From Octopus sinensis (taxonomy: Eukaryota), in assembly GCF_006345805.1 (NCBI RefSeq), contig NC_042997.1, forward strand, positions 116,436,001-116,500,000: a stretch of 64,000 nt of DNA, in the 5' to 3' direction. The notes below the pieces were generated by a model. The model searched no databases, was not told the DNA's origin, and saw nothing but the letters and a program-made list of their open reading frames with translations. Both the position numbers and the translations under genes were made by a program. Below are positions 61,566 to 64,000 of this stretch, piece by piece; the first letter of the stretch is position 1; each line of letters begins with the position of its first letter.

Positions 61566-61831
61566 TATTTTACTTGTTTCAGTCACTGGACTGTGGCCAT
61601 GCTGGGGCATTGCCTTGAAGGATTTTAGTTGAACAAAACCAATCCCAGTACTTTATTCTTTCACTTGTTTCAGTCATTTGATTGTACTACCTTTAGTCGA
61701 ACAAATCAACCCCAGAACTTACTCTTTTTAAGCCTAATACTTATTCTATTGGTCTCTCTTTTTGAACTGCTGATTTACAGGGATGTAAACACACCAACAT
61801 CAGTTGTCAAGCAATGGTGGGGGGGACAAAT

Positions 61832-62108
61832 ACATCATCATCATCGTTTAACGTCTCTTTTGAATGCTGGCAGGAGTTGGACGGTTCGACCAGGGTCTGG
61901 GAAGCCAGGAGGCTGCACCAGGCTCCAGTCTGATCTGGCAGTGTTTCTACAGCTGGATGCCCTTCACAACGCCAACCACTCCGTGAGTGTAGTGGGTGCT
62001 TTTTACGTGCCACCAGCACAGGTGCCAGGGGAGGCTGGCAACGACTACAATTGGTTGGTGCTTTTTATGTGCAACCGGCACAGAAGCCAGTCAAGGCGAC
62101 GCTGGCAT
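61832..62108 (-). mobile_element. RTE 3' end inserted in a SINE
   Basis: Interrupts a minus-strand family-A SINE at its microsatellite. Confidence 0.8.
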
Positions 62109-63579
62109 CCATGCATATAAATACACTCTCTCTCTTATACTTGTTTCAGTCATTTGACTGTGGCTATGGTGGAGCAGCACCTTTAGCAAATCTATAAACT
62201 TAAAAGTGAAAACACCTCACAGTTAACACAAGGCAAGATACTACATTGGCTTGTAAACCTTTAATGTACTTGATTTCAAAACAAAATACGATGTCTTTGC
62301 TAGCAATTACTAAAATCTATACTATTTCAACAATTTAATAAAAGTATGTATTTATTTTAGGAAATTAAAAAGTACTGAGAAGGTTCTAGAATCTTGGTTA
62401 CTGGGCTATGACACTGTTTTGTAGCTTTAGCTAAATTCTTCATTCTACTTCTAAGGTTTCTTCAGAACATTAAAAAAAAAACCCACAAAAATCATACAAG
62501 TAATATTACGATATAATTTGTTTCACATTCGAAAAACTCTTCAGCACATTAATGTTTTCGATTTCATAAGAAAAAAAAAATCGATTAAGTTTTGCTTTTT
62601 TCCATTTTCTGTCTTTTAATTTCTTATTTGTATTGAATTGTAAATGTCTAGAACAAAGGTTGCATGATAAATAAATACTTTCCAAATATTACTAATTTCT
62701 TAATCTTTTCTTTTTTTTTTCATCTGGATTTAGTTTAAGATTCTTAAAAATATAAAATACCAATACACAGTTAAAGAACAAAGCAATCACTCAAATTACC
62801 GATCAGAAAATACTATTAAAAAAGTAAATGACATTTCAGATATTTTTCTTTAAGGAAATTAGAATTTTATATTTGTGAATATTATTCATGCAAGTTATTA
62901 ATTAAAATCAAGTAATTGCTTTTTTATAAGAACGAGATACATGGCAAGCTCCTGTTCACAACTAGCTGTATTCTAGCGACACTGTTATACATGCACACCC
63001 ACACACACACACATATTCATACATACAGACATACAAATGTAAGAATACATGTAATCTGTCTGTCTGTCTGTCTGTGCAGCGGCATTTTATGCCTGTTTTC
63101 CAGGTGAGCATATGTGAGATGGTTAGAAAGGCACCAAACAAATCAGGGCACTGCATTGCACTTCAATGTCTCAGTTTAGGCATGGTTTCTACAGCTAGAT
63201 GCTCTTCTTAACACCAATCGCTTCAACCCTTTAGCATTTAAACTGGCCATACCCAGCCCAAATATTCTACTTGTTTTATGCTCAAACTGGCCAGATTCAG
63301 CCTCTCACACTGACCCTACAATGTCATTCTAAAAATAAAAACAATCACATCATTGAAATCTCAAAGATCTGAGATAATGCATGATCAGGTCGAAACAATA
63401 TGAATAAATAACCATTGGGTTTGAGAGAGCAATCTGAATGCAAAAGGGTTATAGGGGGTACTGGGTGCTTTTTATGTGACACCAACTTTAGTAGGGCCAC
63501 TTTGCAACTTACAAGAGTAGAAAGTTTAAAGCGACCTCCCCACATACACACAAGCATGCACACACATACATACGCACAC

Positions 63580-64000
63580 ATCATCATCATCATCATCATC
63601 GTTTAACGTCCGTTTTCCGTGCTAGTATGGGTTGGACGGTTCGACCGCGGTCTGGGGAGCCAGGGGCTGCCCCAGGCTCCAGTCTGGTCTGGCAGTGTTT
63701 CTACAGCTGGATGCCCTTCCTAACGCCAACCACTCCGCGAGTGTAGTGGGTGCTTTTTACGTGCCACCTGCACAGGTGCCAGAGGGGTCTGGCATCGGCC
63801 ACGATCGGTTGGTGCTTTTTTTTTATGTGCCTCCGGCACAGAAGCCAGTCAAGGTGGTACTGGCATTGGCCACGTTCGGATGGTGCTTTTTATGTGCCAC
63901 CGGCACAGAAGCTATTCGAGGCAGGGTTGGCATCGGTCACGTTCGGATGGTGCTTTTTATGTGCTACCGGCACAGAAGCCAGTGGAGGCTGCACTGGTAA
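63580..64000 (-). mobile_element. RTE 3' end (runs off window)
   Basis: (CAT)n tail plus at least four tandem units. Confidence 0.85.

Noticed and set aside
62221-62309. Possible next upstream STK36 exon (IASKDIVFCFEIKYIKGLQANVVSCLVLT)
   Set aside because: The phase fits, but the acceptor is weak and there is no similarity to the recalled STK36 segment preceding CFTVLCE.

Overview
AT-rich animal genomic DNA. The repeat content suggests a coleoid cephalopod, probably Octopus (inference). It is not prokaryotic: there are no operons, CRISPR arrays or rRNA. The window lies inside one minus-strand gene, STK36/Fused. I reconstructed 11 exons (1,268 nt, about 422 codons, about 2% of the window) by hand. 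All have AG/GT boundaries with matching phases and splice into one open frame in the non-kinase C-terminal region. The kinase exons and the last exons are outside the window. The introns (0.8-17.4 kb) contain RTE LINE 3' ends, at least three tRNA-derived SINE families, CR1-like, Tx1-like, R4-like and Penelope-like fragments, mariner/maT, hAT and piggyBac-type MITEs, two Helitrons, a decayed U6 copy and long TA/CA microsatellites. Most ORFs in the supplied track are microsatellite or repeat artefacts. The observations most worth following up are: (1) a TATA+Inr promoter with a short coding exon on the opposite strand of the largest intron, a candidate nested micropeptide gene; (2) minimal hammerhead ribozymes in a Penelope-type palindrome; (3) a SINE and a LINE sharing a 3' tail with a compensatorily substituted stem-loop; (4) a roughly 240-bp target-site duplication around an RTE tail; (5) a near-perfect 150-bp hairpin just upstream of an exon. 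Family names and human STK36 comparisons come from memory, not database searches, and repeat coordinates are approximate.
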